Position numbers and translations under genes: made by a program
Assembly: GCA_029060025.1 (NCBI GenBank)
Contig: JAIDUV010000049.1
Coordinates: 8,904 to 72,903 of the forward strand
DNA length: 64,000 nucleotides
Source: Clostridia bacterium
GTDB taxonomy: Bacteria; Bacillota; Clostridia; Christensenellales; UBA3700
Direction: 5' to 3'
The notes under the pieces: model-generated
Seen by the model: the letters and a program-made list of their open reading frames with translations, nothing else
Databases searched by the model: none
What the model was told of the DNA's origin: nothing
In this document: piece by piece, positions 18,196-27,212 of the stretch
How the letters are laid out: every line of letters starts with the position of its first letter
How positions within the stretch are numbered: the first letter of the stretch is position 1

Positions 18196-21100
18196 TTATT
18201 CAAAAGTTTTTTCTATGATTATTTCCTGCTCGCAATAAGAAGAACCAAGTTTAATACGCACCTTATAATATCCGCTCTTAAGGAACAGTATTCTTGTTCT
18301 CACCGCAATTGCCTCATAAAGCGTGGGCGGAAGATCTATGGCAAAGTTATTGTCGACGATATTGTTGTCAACTTTTATCTCCGATATATCAAAATACTGC
18401 TCTGCGTCCGTCGGCTCTTGATAATAGAGCGTTCCGTAAGCACTGATATATCCTCTCAGCACCTGTACGGAAATCGTAGAAGACACGCCCCACTCGCCGT
18501 GATAAGTATTGGAGATACCCGCCGAGAAAGCGTAGGTATAGCCCTCAAAATAATGCGAATTTACGCTGGTGGTATTCTCTATCTTATATTTGCTCTCGTC
18601 TCTTTTTTCCGACTTGGGCAAAATATAAAGCGGTATTGACTTCTCAAGGTCTGCATAACAGAACGTCAATGTATACCTGCCTATCTTATTTATTATGATG
18701 CTCTTCGTCAAAGAAGTTGGATTGACGTAAAAATATTCGTTGTCCTCGTCTATTGAATATCCGTTTATCTTCAAATAATCTACCGTCAAAGTCAATTCGA
18801 CGACGCTGCCGTCGGCAAGCGTAAATTGCAGTATGCCAACGCGCAATTGAGAAGAATATCCTACGTTGCTCTGCTCAAGCGAAAGTTCTTGCGCGGAAGT
18901 CTTCAATACTATATCCTTTGCAGGCTTTATTCTCACCATCTCGCCGTAATATTTTCCAAAAAGATAAAACTGCAATACGGTATCCTTATCTGCGCCGATA
19001 TATCTATTGCCGACGTGATCCGTCAATAAAAGTTCCTTGGCATTGGCGGCGCTCAAGTAAATGCTCTTACTCTTTCCGCCTTGATAATTTATTATCGCGG
19101 TAATCTTCTCTGGAGTATCGTCACCGCTCAATTTTTCTCCCTGCATATATTCCGACTTTTCCAAATGCTTGTAATCTACGTCCTCGACATTATCCAACTT
19201 GACGTAAGACACGACAGTTTTGCAAAGCCATCTGCTCCAACTGAATTTTCTCAACGCTTCCCATACTTTGCCGTCGAAATATCCTCTACCGGTCGGTATG
19301 CAGTAAAGTTCGATTTTCTGCCACCCTGCGTATTGCAAGTCGATGGGAGAATGATCCACGACGTACAACTGCGCGTCAAACTGCTCTCCGTAAATATCCT
19401 CTGCCTGTGCGTAAACGTAAGAGCCCGCAATCCTTTCTATCTCGTCGGCACTGATAGGAGTACCCGCTCCGTACAGCACGCCGTCTACGTATATTTCGTC
19501 GTAAAGACTGACGACGTCGTAGGTCTTGTCTCCGTCGACAGCCTTTTGACTTTGACAGAGATAATTTAATGCGGGCGGTCTGCTTATAAATCCTTTTGTA
19601 TATTGTTTAGTACCTTCCACGTCGTTGCCGTATAGGTGTATTGCGCTGCGCTTAATATCATACGGCGAGACGTTTTGCCTATAATAAGTCTGCTCCACCG
19701 TCATAGTATCAATTTGATAATTATCGCATTTGAACACGCTCATAATCGAACTTGCCGCTTCGCCGGACATTCCCAAGACCTGCAAAACCTTTTCGATAGG
19801 CGCGCTTAGACCGTTGTCTTTATAAATCAATGCCAACAGCAATTCTTCGCCTATCGTATTCCCTTCCTCTTCGGTCCCCTCAAGTGACCCCGAGATCTGC
19901 CTAGTAAGTGTCTCTGCCGATATGACAGTCAACCAATACTCGGGTATCTGCGTATTGAGCAAAGATTCTGAGATATTGAAGAACTGCGTCGTTACCCTGC
20001 TGCCTATTAAGGCTCGCAAACCGATGCTGATATATATGTCGTAATTGCCAAAGTCCTTAGGCGAAAACGCAACGTCAAAAATCGCGCCTTTCGCGGGGTC
20101 GTATTTATCCTTACAGAACGCGCCGCACTGCGAATTACATATATGCGTCACTCTTATATGAAAAAAGTTGTCTTCGTCGAGTTTTGTCAAATCCCAGTCT
20201 TCGGCTATCAATTCTAACAAGTCCAACTTGGCTCTAAATTCATAATCGTATTGCATCTCAACGCGATTTGAAGATGTATTTTCAAGTTTGACGACTCCCA
20301 CCGTAGTGGCTTCAAAAAGCCTCTTGTCCTCATATTCTCCGTCATCAGGATAGTACTCGATTATAGATTCGTCTTTTCCGTTGGAAATAGATATACGCGA
20401 CATATTGAATTTGAATTTTTTATTCCCATCCACGTCTTGCAAGGCAAGTTCTTCGCTACTAATCTCGCTCAACTTGCCGTCGGATATACTAATATTTATT
20501 TTTCCTTTGAGCGGCGGAGTCTTAGAAAGCAAATCCTCATAATTCTCCACTTTTGCAATTGAGAAAAACAACTTTTGCAACAACTCAGGCAACTTTGAAA
20601 AAGTCTCTCTTGCAATCGCGCTGTCAAGTCCCTTTTTTAAATCAAAATCAAATGTATAGACGCTGTGGTCGGCGTTTGCCGTAGCGTCGGTAAAAAACAC
20701 TCTTCCAAACAATATAAAAGCCACGCCCATAGTAGAATAATTGATGTCTTCGCCAAAAAGTCCGACTACTTTGGTCAAAGAGTACAAAAGCGGCGCATTG
20801 TCATAACGGTTGCGGACGTATTGACCTGTATCTTCGTCGTATATCTGCCAATACAACAAGTCTGAGTCGTTGTACAACTGCAAAAATATCTGTCTATCCT
20901 CTCCGACGACTTTTTCTATATTCAACACGCCTTGTTGAGAATTTTTGTTTTGAAAGTCAAGATTGAGTTTGAGCGTGCAATCGTATTTATCACCGTTATC
21001 TACATCGGTTATGTCTATATTGAAATCGCAAGTAACCGCTTCTTTTGTATCGACCTTTAAAAACTGTGCGTCAATAGCCGACGCAACGTCATAAAGATAA

Positions 21101-21222
21101 TCTCGCCAATCAGTGACGGGAATATTCTCTTTGTTGGGCGTGCCTTTGCAAGCGCAGACAGATAAGCATACGCCTGCCAGCAATAATACCGCAACAGAAA
21201 TTATCACCCATTTTTTACGCAT
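18196..21222 (-). CDS. Giant lipoprotein (1008 aa), paralogue of the 14276-18085 product, co-operonic with a two-component system
   Basis: Start moved to ATG 21222 (RBS aagagg; the listed start is TTG). Signal plus lipobox SVCAC. IFDVAFSPKDFGNYDIYISIGL matches ILDVAFDPQNFGDSKIYLAANL in the paralogue. The HK stop TGA (21225-21227) lies 2 nt from the ATG. Confidence 0.8.
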   Translation of the reverse strand: MRKKWVIISVAVLLLAGVCLSVCACKGTPNKENIPVTDWRDYLYDVASAIDAQFLKVDTKEAVTCDFNIDITDVDNGDKYDCTLKLNLDFQNKNSQQGVLNIEKVVGEDRQIFLQLYNDSDLLYWQIYDEDTGQYVRNRYDNAPLLYSLTKVVGLFGEDINYSTMGVAFILFGRVFFTDATANADHSVYTFDFDLKKGLDSAIARETFSKLPELLQKLFFSIAKVENYEDLLSKTPPLKGKINISISDGKLSEISSEELALQDVDGNKKFKFNMSRISISNGKDESIIEYYPDDGEYEDKRLFEATTVGVVKLENTSSNRVEMQYDYEFRAKLDLLELIAEDWDLTKLDEDNFFHIRVTHICNSQCGAFCKDKYDPAKGAIFDVAFSPKDFGNYDIYISIGLRALIGSRVTTQFFNISESLLNTQIPEYWLTVISAETLTRQISGSLEGTEEEGNTIGEELLLALIYKDNGLSAPIEKVLQVLGMSGEAASSIMSVFKCDNYQIDTMTVEQTYYRQNVSPYDIKRSAIHLYGNDVEGTKQYTKGFISRPPALNYLCQSQKAVDGDKTYDVVSLYDEIYVDGVLYGAGTPISADEIERIAGSYVYAQAEDIYGEQFDAQLYVVDHSPIDLQYAGWQKIELYCIPTGRGYFDGKVWEALRKFSWSRWLCKTVVSYVKLDNVEDVDYKHLEKSEYMQGEKLSGDDTPEKITAIINYQGGKSKSIYLSAANAKELLLTDHVGNRYIGADKDTVLQFYLFGKYYGEMVRIKPAKDIVLKTSAQELSLEQSNVGYSSQLRVGILQFTLADGSVVELTLTVDYLKINGYSIDEDNEYFYVNPTSLTKSIIINKIGRYTLTFCYADLEKSIPLYILPKSEKRDESKYKIENTTSVNSHYFEGYTYAFSAGISNTYHGEWGVSSTISVQVLRGYISAYGTLYYQEPTDAEQYFDISEIKVDNNIVDNNFAIDLPPTLYEAIAVRTRILFLKSGYYKVRIKLGSSYCEQEIIIEKTFE

Positions 21223-21224
21223 AC

Positions 21225-22457
21225 TCAACCTCTTTCGGGAAGAAACGCCGTCACGATAAGTCCGCTCGGGATATTGGAAGTCGCGTAAATTTTACCGCCA
21301 ATCTCCTCTACCATACTGCGCGCAATTGCAAGTCCCAGACCGGTGCCGGGCTTGCTTGTCTTGACGTTGTCTCCTCTGTAAAATCTCTGGAATATCTTTT
21401 CTTCGTCACCGTCGGCAATACCTACGCCGGTGTCTGCGACACTCAATACGCAACCGCCGTCGGCGCTCTTCAAAGTGACTTTGATTTTATCTTTGTCACT
21501 CGTATACTTGACTGCGTTTTCCAAGAGTATTATCGCAAGTTGCTTGACCTTTTCTCCTTCCATAACGGTGCTTGCCGACTGCACGTTGGCAATAAGAGTA
21601 CGGTTGGACTCGCCTATAATTTCGGCGTATACCTCAAGTACGCCCAATACTATTTCGCTTACGTCCGAACTGCTCTTGGGGGTTGCCGCAGGCGAAGATA
21701 CGCTGCGCATCAAATCTTGCGACAGCGTGGTGATATGCTGAACTTCTTCGAGAGTATTCTCCACAAGATCACTCACTTGCAACACCGTAGAATCTGGAGA
21801 AGCAAGCATATTTTCCATATTACCTCTTATGACAGTCAGCGGCGTACGAATTTCGTGCGTCATATCGTGGATAAATTCTTTTTGCTGACGTATTGCATTT
21901 ACGACAGGCTTGCCCATCAAAAAAGCAAAAGCCGTGTATATCGCAAGCACTAAAATAACCGTAATGGGAACAAACCAAATAAAGGTGTCGACGTTCTCGT
22001 ACTTTTCAAGCAAATCTGCCTGCATAAGCAACTTGACGTAGACTCCATCTCTATATACGAAAGTATAAGTCTTGTATTTATAATTTCCGATTTTCTCGTC
22101 CACCGTAGTGTCGAATCTATCGGGAATCGCGCTGGTATGCGACTTGAGATACGCCACGGCGGTATAGTCTCCCGCAGTGTTGTCGGGGCGGCGAATATAC
22201 ACGATTACGTCGATATTCTCGCGATATAAATATCCGCTTTCATAGTCCTCCTCGACGAGTTCAAACAGCGAACTCTCTCCGCTATCCTTTATCAACTGCG
22301 CGTATTGGCTCATAGTCTTTTGCGCAATGTCGTCGCCGCTTGTGCGTATCTGCACGACGATGCCTACGCAAAGCGCCAAAATAACGACAAGCGTAACCAA
22401 TCCCGCTATCCAAGCCCTGTATTGCCAACTCTTGGTGGTGATCAAAGTGTTCTTCAT
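21225..22457 (-). CDS. Sensor histidine kinase (HisKA/HATPase_c)
   Basis: 410 aa. Two TM segments flank a ~130-aa extracytoplasmic domain. H-box HDMTHEIRTPLT and G-box GTGLGLAI. The ATG abuts the RR stop (TAAATG). Confidence 0.9.
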   Translation of the reverse strand: MKNTLITTKSWQYRAWIAGLVTLVVILALCVGIVVQIRTSGDDIAQKTMSQYAQLIKDSGESSLFELVEEDYESGYLYRENIDVIVYIRRPDNTAGDYTAVAYLKSHTSAIPDRFDTTVDEKIGNYKYKTYTFVYRDGVYVKLLMQADLLEKYENVDTFIWFVPITVILVLAIYTAFAFLMGKPVVNAIRQQKEFIHDMTHEIRTPLTVIRGNMENMLASPDSTVLQVSDLVENTLEEVQHITTLSQDLMRSVSSPAATPKSSSDVSEIVLGVLEVYAEIIGESNRTLIANVQSASTVMEGEKVKQLAIILLENAVKYTSDKDKIKVTLKSADGGCVLSVADTGVGIADGDEEKIFQRFYRGDNVKTSKPGTGLGLAIARSMVEEIGGKIYATSNIPSGLIVTAFLPERG

Positions 22458-23150
22458 TTAGCGCACCCCCTCGAGATTGTAGCCTGTCTCACTCCATCTG
22501 TAGCCTATTGTCTTGACGGTTTGCAGACATTCGCTCAGCCCTATGTTTGAGAGTATCTTGCGCAATCTATAGATATACACCTCGATTACACTCTGCAACG
22601 TATCACTGTAAAATCCGCATACGCTGTCAAACAACTGTTGTTTTGTGACGATTATTTCTTTGTTTTTGACGAGGGTCTCAAGCACTTCGTACGCCTTACC
22701 GTTGATAGGCAGCATTTCGCCGTTGTACTCAACCATTTTGCTGGTATAGTCTATCGTAAATTCTCCCAATTTATATTTCAAAGCGCCAAAATCTCTGTGG
22801 TATCTGCGCATAGTCGCCTGCACTCTCGCAAGCAACTCTTCTCTAGAGAAAGGCTTGACCATATAATCGTCCGCGCCGAGATTGAGAAATTCCACTTTTC
22901 GCTCCAACATACCTATCGCAGAGAGAATAATTATCGGCGTAAGTTTGTGACGGCGCACGCCCCTCAAGACTTCTTCGCCGTTCATTTTTGGCAACATAAT
23001 GTCAAGAATTACGATATCGTAATCGTTGGTGAGTATTTTATGAAGACCGGTTTCGCCGTCGTACGCCGCTTCGGTTTCGCCTATCGAACTCAACATTCTG
23101 CAAAGCATATCCGACAATGCTTTATCGTCTTCAACTACTAATGCTTTCAT
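22458..23150 (-). CDS. OmpR-family response regulator
   Basis: Start at ATG 23150 (MKALVVEDD, RBS gagggaag). Receiver DIVILDIMLP plus a winged-helix C-terminus. Confidence 0.9.
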   Translation of the reverse strand: MKALVVEDDKALSDMLCRMLSSIGETEAAYDGETGLHKILTNDYDIVILDIMLPKMNGEEVLRGVRRHKLTPIIILSAIGMLERKVEFLNLGADDYMVKPFSREELLARVQATMRRYHRDFGALKYKLGEFTIDYTSKMVEYNGEMLPINGKAYEVLETLVKNKEIIVTKQQLFDSVCGFYSDTLQSVIEVYIYRLRKILSNIGLSECLQTVKTIGYRWSETGYNLEGVR

Positions 23151-23202
23151 ACTTCTTCCCTCGCCTTTATTATTCGTTGCGCATACGCGCCGACGCATTT
23201 AT

Positions 23203-23230
23203 ATTATAGCATATCGACCACGATTGTCAA
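23203..23230 (-). promoter_or_regulatory. Sigma-A-type promoter of the two-component/lipoprotein operon
   Basis: Minus strand: TTGACA, 16 nt, (TGc)TATAAT. Consensus -35 and an extended -10. Confidence 0.6.
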
Positions 23231-23264
23231 TTCCCATTATTTTGTAATCTCGACCGACATTATT

Positions 23265-23344
23265 GTCATTGACGCTCGCACAAGACGCATCTGCTTGCTC
23301 GCTATGCCGTCACTTCGTTCCTTACGAGCATAGTCGAGAAATCT
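23265..23344 (+). repeat. Composite ~80-nt repeat (type B head + type A short form)
   Basis: gtcattgacgctcgcacaagacgcatctgcttgctcgctatgccgtcacttcgttccttacgagcatagtcgagaaatct. Preceded by a head-only fragment gtaatctcgaccg at 23244. Confidence 0.85.
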
Positions 23345-23354
23345 CCTTCCTATT

Positions 23355-23381
23355 GTCATCTCGACCGTAGTGGAGAGATCT
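23355..23381 (+). repeat. REP-like unit, middle form
   Basis: gtcatctcgaccgtagtggagagatct. Confidence 0.8.
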
Positions 23382-23386
23382 AATCC

Positions 23387-23427
23387 TTTTTAATAAGTAC
23401 CGACAAAATGGAGCCTTGCAATATTTT
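23387..23427 (+). repeat. Type C repeat (TTTTAATAAGTACCGACAAAATGGAGCCTTGC...)
   Basis: 33 nt identical to 27017-27049 and about 41 nt similar. A partial third copy is at 30757-30776. It always lies next to a type A unit. Confidence 0.75.
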
Positions 23428-23433
23428 AAAAAA

Positions 23434-24315
23434 TCATAAAAATTCCGCTTGCGACTTAAAGTCCAATTGCTTTCCGCTGATTGGGTGCGTAAACTTCAAT
23501 TTGCAAGAATGTAAAGCCTGTCTGTCCAAGGTCTTGCCATTGGGACAAATGATATTATGGGGATTTGGATTATAAAGTTTGTCGCAACATAGCGGATAAC
23601 CCATATATGAAGAATGTACTCTGATTTGATGCGTTCTGCCAGTTCCGAGAACAAATCTCGCAGAAAAATAAGCGTCGTATTGCTCCAATATCTCAAAGCG
23701 CGTGATTGCCTCGTCTCCGCTTGGGTCGACTTGACGGCGAATATCCTCGCCTACACGCTTTATCGGCAGATTTATCTCACCGCGCATTTCTCCTACGTAA
23801 ACTCCGCTGCAAAGCGCGACGTACTCTCTGTGAATATGCTCTGCCGTCAGCGCGCTGTGCGCAAGTTGATTTTTTGCCACTATCATAAGCCCCGACGTAT
23901 CTCTATCCAGTCTGTTGACAGGACGGTATACAAAGTCTCCCCATATATTTGCCAAAGCGTTGGCAAGACTTTTGCCGTAATGTCCTCTTACAGGTATCAC
24001 AGCAATTCCCGCCTGCTTGTCTATTACGGCAATATCTTCGTCCTCGTACACTATATTCACAGGTATATCCGACTTGGGTATCGGCTTGACATATTCGTCG
24101 ACGAGATATATACAAAAGCGCTCGCCTTGCGACAGTCCGTCAATCAATCTGATTGGTATTTCGACGCCGTCGGCAATTTTGCATACCAGCCCCAAAGACT
24201 TCCTCAACGCCGTGCATATCGAAGACGAAATGCCTTTGGATTTCAATATATCTTCCGCCTTTCCGTCAAAGGGCGCAACGTATTCTATCCGTCTTTTCAT
24301 CAATTCTCTGTCCAT
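23434..24315 (-). CDS. RluA-family pseudouridine synthase
   Basis: 293 aa. RLDRDTSGLM (catalytic Asp) and THQIRVH. Confidence 0.85.
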   Translation of the reverse strand: MDRELMKRRIEYVAPFDGKAEDILKSKGISSSICTALRKSLGLVCKIADGVEIPIRLIDGLSQGERFCIYLVDEYVKPIPKSDIPVNIVYEDEDIAVIDKQAGIAVIPVRGHYGKSLANALANIWGDFVYRPVNRLDRDTSGLMIVAKNQLAHSALTAEHIHREYVALCSGVYVGEMRGEINLPIKRVGEDIRRQVDPSGDEAITRFEILEQYDAYFSARFVLGTGRTHQIRVHSSYMGYPLCCDKLYNPNPHNIICPNGKTLDRQALHSCKLKFTHPISGKQLDFKSQAEFL

Positions 24316-24614
24316 TGATACTTGGTAAGATCGACTGTAAAATTGTTATCGCAAACCACGCCTTCTTTAGCAAGCAACTCCGCCTGAACCTCTCTGCCGC
24401 CGAATGCAAACGCAGGCGCCAACTGCCCGAATCTGTTGACAACTCTGTGACAGGGAATTACTCCCGGCAACGGATTTGCGTGCAAAGCGTAGCCCACCGC
24501 TCTCGACGCTCTGGGCGCATTGAGCAGTCTTGCAATCTGTCCGTACGTCGCGACTTTGCCCTTGGGAATTGCCTTGACGACTTCGTATACTTCTTCAAAA
24601 AAACTCATATCCAC
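24300..24614 (-). CDS. MGMT-family (methylated-DNA-protein-cysteine methyltransferase DNA-binding domain) protein
   Basis: 104 aa. VPKGKVATYGQIA...IPCHRVV. Confidence 0.8.
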   Translation of the reverse strand: MDMSFFEEVYEVVKAIPKGKVATYGQIARLLNAPRASRAVGYALHANPLPGVIPCHRVVNRFGQLAPAFAFGGREVQAELLAKEGVVCDNNFTVDLTKYQWTEN

Positions 24615-24718
24615 CTCTTTTTCATATTATACAATAATCAATGTCGTAAGTAAAGCAGATATAAATTGACAAACTCGACGCAATTTTGATATTATATATA
24701 GGTATTAACGGAGAGCAA

Positions 24719-25516
24719 ATGATAGCGTTACTGTATTTTTTTATAGCCTTGATATGCACTTTTGCAGGCGCGATAACAGGTATGGGCGGCGGAGTCGTAA
24801 TCAAGCCTGTACTCGACTTGTTGGGAGATTTTGACAGTGCCTCAATTGGCGCGCTTTCGTCTATCACGGTGCTGGCTATGTCTTTGACGACGTTTGCAAG
24901 ACAGGTAGGCAAAAAACGCAACACTTCCATAGTAAAACTTCTTGTGCTCGGCATCTCTTCCGCAGGCGGCGGAGTGCTCGGTCAATACCTCTTTGAGATA
25001 ATGACCAAAGGCGCAGCCAACGCCGCTACCGTCAAAATAATTCAAAATTCAATCTTGCTCTTTCTCATAGTCTGCATATTCTTCTATATGCTCTTCAGAG
25101 AGAAAATCAAACCTTTGCATCTTCAAAACATCGTATTTTATATATTGGTAGGCTTACTGCTTGGCATACTGTCCTCATTCTTGGGAATAGGCGGAGGTCC
25201 GCTCAACGTGGCTATACTAATGCTGCTCTTTGCGATGGAGATAAAAGAAGCAACGTTTGCGTCAATAGTGACGATAATGTTTGCGCAAATTGCCAAGGTC
25301 GTGACGATATTTGCAAGCGGCGGCTTTGGCGGGTACGATTTGTCAATGTTGCCGTATATGGTGGTGGCAGGAGTTCTCGGCGGACTTATAGGCAGTATAG
25401 TCGGCAAAAAGATATCGGGCAAAATCACCGCCGTGGCATTCAACATAATGCAACTTGCCGTAATGGTAATATGTATAATCAATATAGTGACGAGTATAAT
25501 AACGCTAAAAGCATAA
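24719..25516 (+). CDS. TauE/SafE-family sulfite/anion exporter
   Basis: Start moved to ATG 24719 (the listed TTG lies inside the predicted promoter TTGACA-N18-TATTAT). Polytopic, with GMGGGVVIKP and GIGGGPLNV duplicated motifs. Confidence 0.75.
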   Translation: MIALLYFFIALICTFAGAITGMGGGVVIKPVLDLLGDFDSASIGALSSITVLAMSLTTFARQVGKKRNTSIVKLLVLGISSAGGGVLGQYLFEIMTKGAANAATVKIIQNSILLFLIVCIFFYMLFREKIKPLHLQNIVFYILVGLLLGILSSFLGIGGGPLNVAILMLLFAMEIKEATFASIVTIMFAQIAKVVTIFASGGFGGYDLSMLPYMVVAGVLGGLIGSIVGKKISGKITAVAFNIMQLAVMVICIINIVTSIITLKA

Positions 25517-25579
25517 AACTGTTGAATAGCCGCAACAAATGTGATACAATAAATACGATTAACCGACTTGGGGGATATT

Positions 25580-26902
25580 ATGAACGTAATTTTATATTTC
25601 AGTGACCAGCAGCGGTACGACACAATCAACGAGACTGTCACGCCCAACATTGAAGCAATGGCAGATGACAGCATCTTTTTTGACAACGCTTTTACCTGTC
25701 AACCTGTGTGCGGACCGGCAAGAGCCTGCATACAGACGGGCGTCTACGCCTCTGAAAACAAGTGCTATATCAACGGTATATCAATGGACAAGGACGACGA
25801 CAATACCCTTGCAAAAATTCTTAACCGCCAAGGTTACAACACTTCGTATATAGGCAAATGGCATCTTGCGTCGGATACTAATGGATTTAAGCCAAAATTC
25901 AACGTACAAAAGACTGCGATACCCGAATACTTGCGCGGCGGTTACAACGATTATTGGCTCTCTGCCGACTGCTTGGAATTTACTTCCGACGTACACGGCG
26001 GATATATGTTTGACAAAGACAACAACAAAGTTACCTTTGAGGGCGTACGCAGCGACTGTATCAACGACTACGCTATAGACTATATCGACAAGTACGACCA
26101 AGACAAACCCTTCTTTCTTATGATATCCCAACTTGAGCCGCACCACCAAAACACTGCAAATATGTTCCAGTGCGCAGAGGGTGACGAAAAGCAATTTGAG
26201 AACGCCCCCTACCCCGACGACCTTGTGGGACTAAAGGGCAACTACAAGTCGGAATACGCGCGCTATCTTGCGTGCTGTAAGCGTCTTGACCAAAACTTTG
26301 CCGACCTCATCCAAAAAGTAAAAGACAAAGGCATTTGGGACGATACTATATTGATATACACGTCAGACCACGGTTGCCACTTCAAGACGAGAAACTTTGA
26401 ATACAAGCGCAGCGCGCACGACGCAAGCACGCATTTGCCATTTGTAATGACAGGCGGCGGACTTGCCAAGTTAAACGCCACGCAAAAGTATATAGGCAAA
26501 CGCTTCGGCGGCTTTGTCAGTCTGCTTGACCTCACGGCTACGATTCTCGATATAGCAGGCGCACAAATACCTCAAGAGTACCAAAGCCAAAGTATACTGT
26601 CAATGCTAGAGACCCAAAAAGGCAGAGACCATATATTTATGCAGATAAGCGAATCGCAGTTGGGACGCGCTATTATCACAGATAAATATACCTACAGCGT
26701 CAAAAAGCCATTCTCTCTCGGCATTGAAAAAGCCACTAGCAAACTCTATAAAGAAGATTTGCTCTACGACAACACCGCCGACCCTGCACAACATAAAAAC
26801 CTTGTGAGAAACAAAAAATACAAAGAAGTAAAAAAAGAACTCAAAAAGATTTTGCTTGAAGATATAGAAAAAATAGAAAACGTCAAAGCAAAGATATTAT
26901 AA
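25580..26902 (+). CDS. Cys-type sulfatase, no signal peptide
   Basis: ATG 25580 (RBS ggggga). CxPxR formylglycine site in QPVCGPARACIQTG. YTSDHGCHF. Confidence 0.85.
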   Translation: MNVILYFSDQQRYDTINETVTPNIEAMADDSIFFDNAFTCQPVCGPARACIQTGVYASENKCYINGISMDKDDDNTLAKILNRQGYNTSYIGKWHLASDTNGFKPKFNVQKTAIPEYLRGGYNDYWLSADCLEFTSDVHGGYMFDKDNNKVTFEGVRSDCINDYAIDYIDKYDQDKPFFLMISQLEPHHQNTANMFQCAEGDEKQFENAPYPDDLVGLKGNYKSEYARYLACCKRLDQNFADLIQKVKDKGIWDDTILIYTSDHGCHFKTRNFEYKRSAHDASTHLPFVMTGGGLAKLNATQKYIGKRFGGFVSLLDLTATILDIAGAQIPQEYQSQSILSMLETQKGRDHIFMQISESQLGRAIITDKYTYSVKKPFSLGIEKATSKLYKEDLLYDNTADPAQHKNLVRNKKYKEVKKELKKILLEDIEKIENVKAKIL

Positions 26903-26903
26903 T

Positions 26904-26930
26904 GTCACCTCGAGCACAGTCGAAAAATCT
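26904..26930 (+). repeat. REP-like unit, short form
   Basis: gtcacctcgagcacagtcgaaaaatct, starting 2 nt after the sulfatase stop. Confidence 0.75.
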
Positions 26931-26953
26931 CATCCGATTTTATTATACTGTTT

Positions 26954-26990
26954 AGATTTCTCCATTTCGCTTCGCTTCAGTCGAAATGAC
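26954..26990 (-). repeat. REP-like unit, long form, reverse orientation
   Basis: Reverse complement is gtcatttcgactgaagcgaagcgaaatggagaaatct. Tail-to-tail with the 26904 unit. Confidence 0.85.
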
Positions 26991-27016
26991 AAGATAATAG
27001 TGACGAATAAATTATC

Positions 27017-27057
27017 ATTTTAATAAGTACCGACAAAATGGAGCCTTGCGACATTTT
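27017..27057 (+). repeat. Type C repeat
   Basis: ttttaataagtaccgacaaaatggagccttgcgacatttt. See 23387-23427. Confidence 0.75.
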
Positions 27058-27150
27058 CGTTTGGTCGGTAGGGCGAAGTCCAACCGTATGTCTAGCAATT
27101 ACTTTGTTTATCAAAGTTATTGCGTATTATTAGGTTGTGACGCACGCCCC

Positions 27151-27173
27151 GTCATTGACGCTCGCACAAGACG
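27151..27173 (+). repeat. Type B head-only repeat
   Basis: gtcattgacgctcgcacaagacg, identical to the start of the 23265 composite. Confidence 0.75.
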
Positions 27174-27212
27174 TACACACTTAGTTAATACAACTCCACC
27201 GAAGGCGGAAAA

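Noticed and set aside
24622-24954. 110-aa ORF antisense to the 5' part of the TauE gene.
   Set aside because: It overlaps the promoter and a polytopic gene with clear duplicated GxGGG motifs, and it has no RBS.
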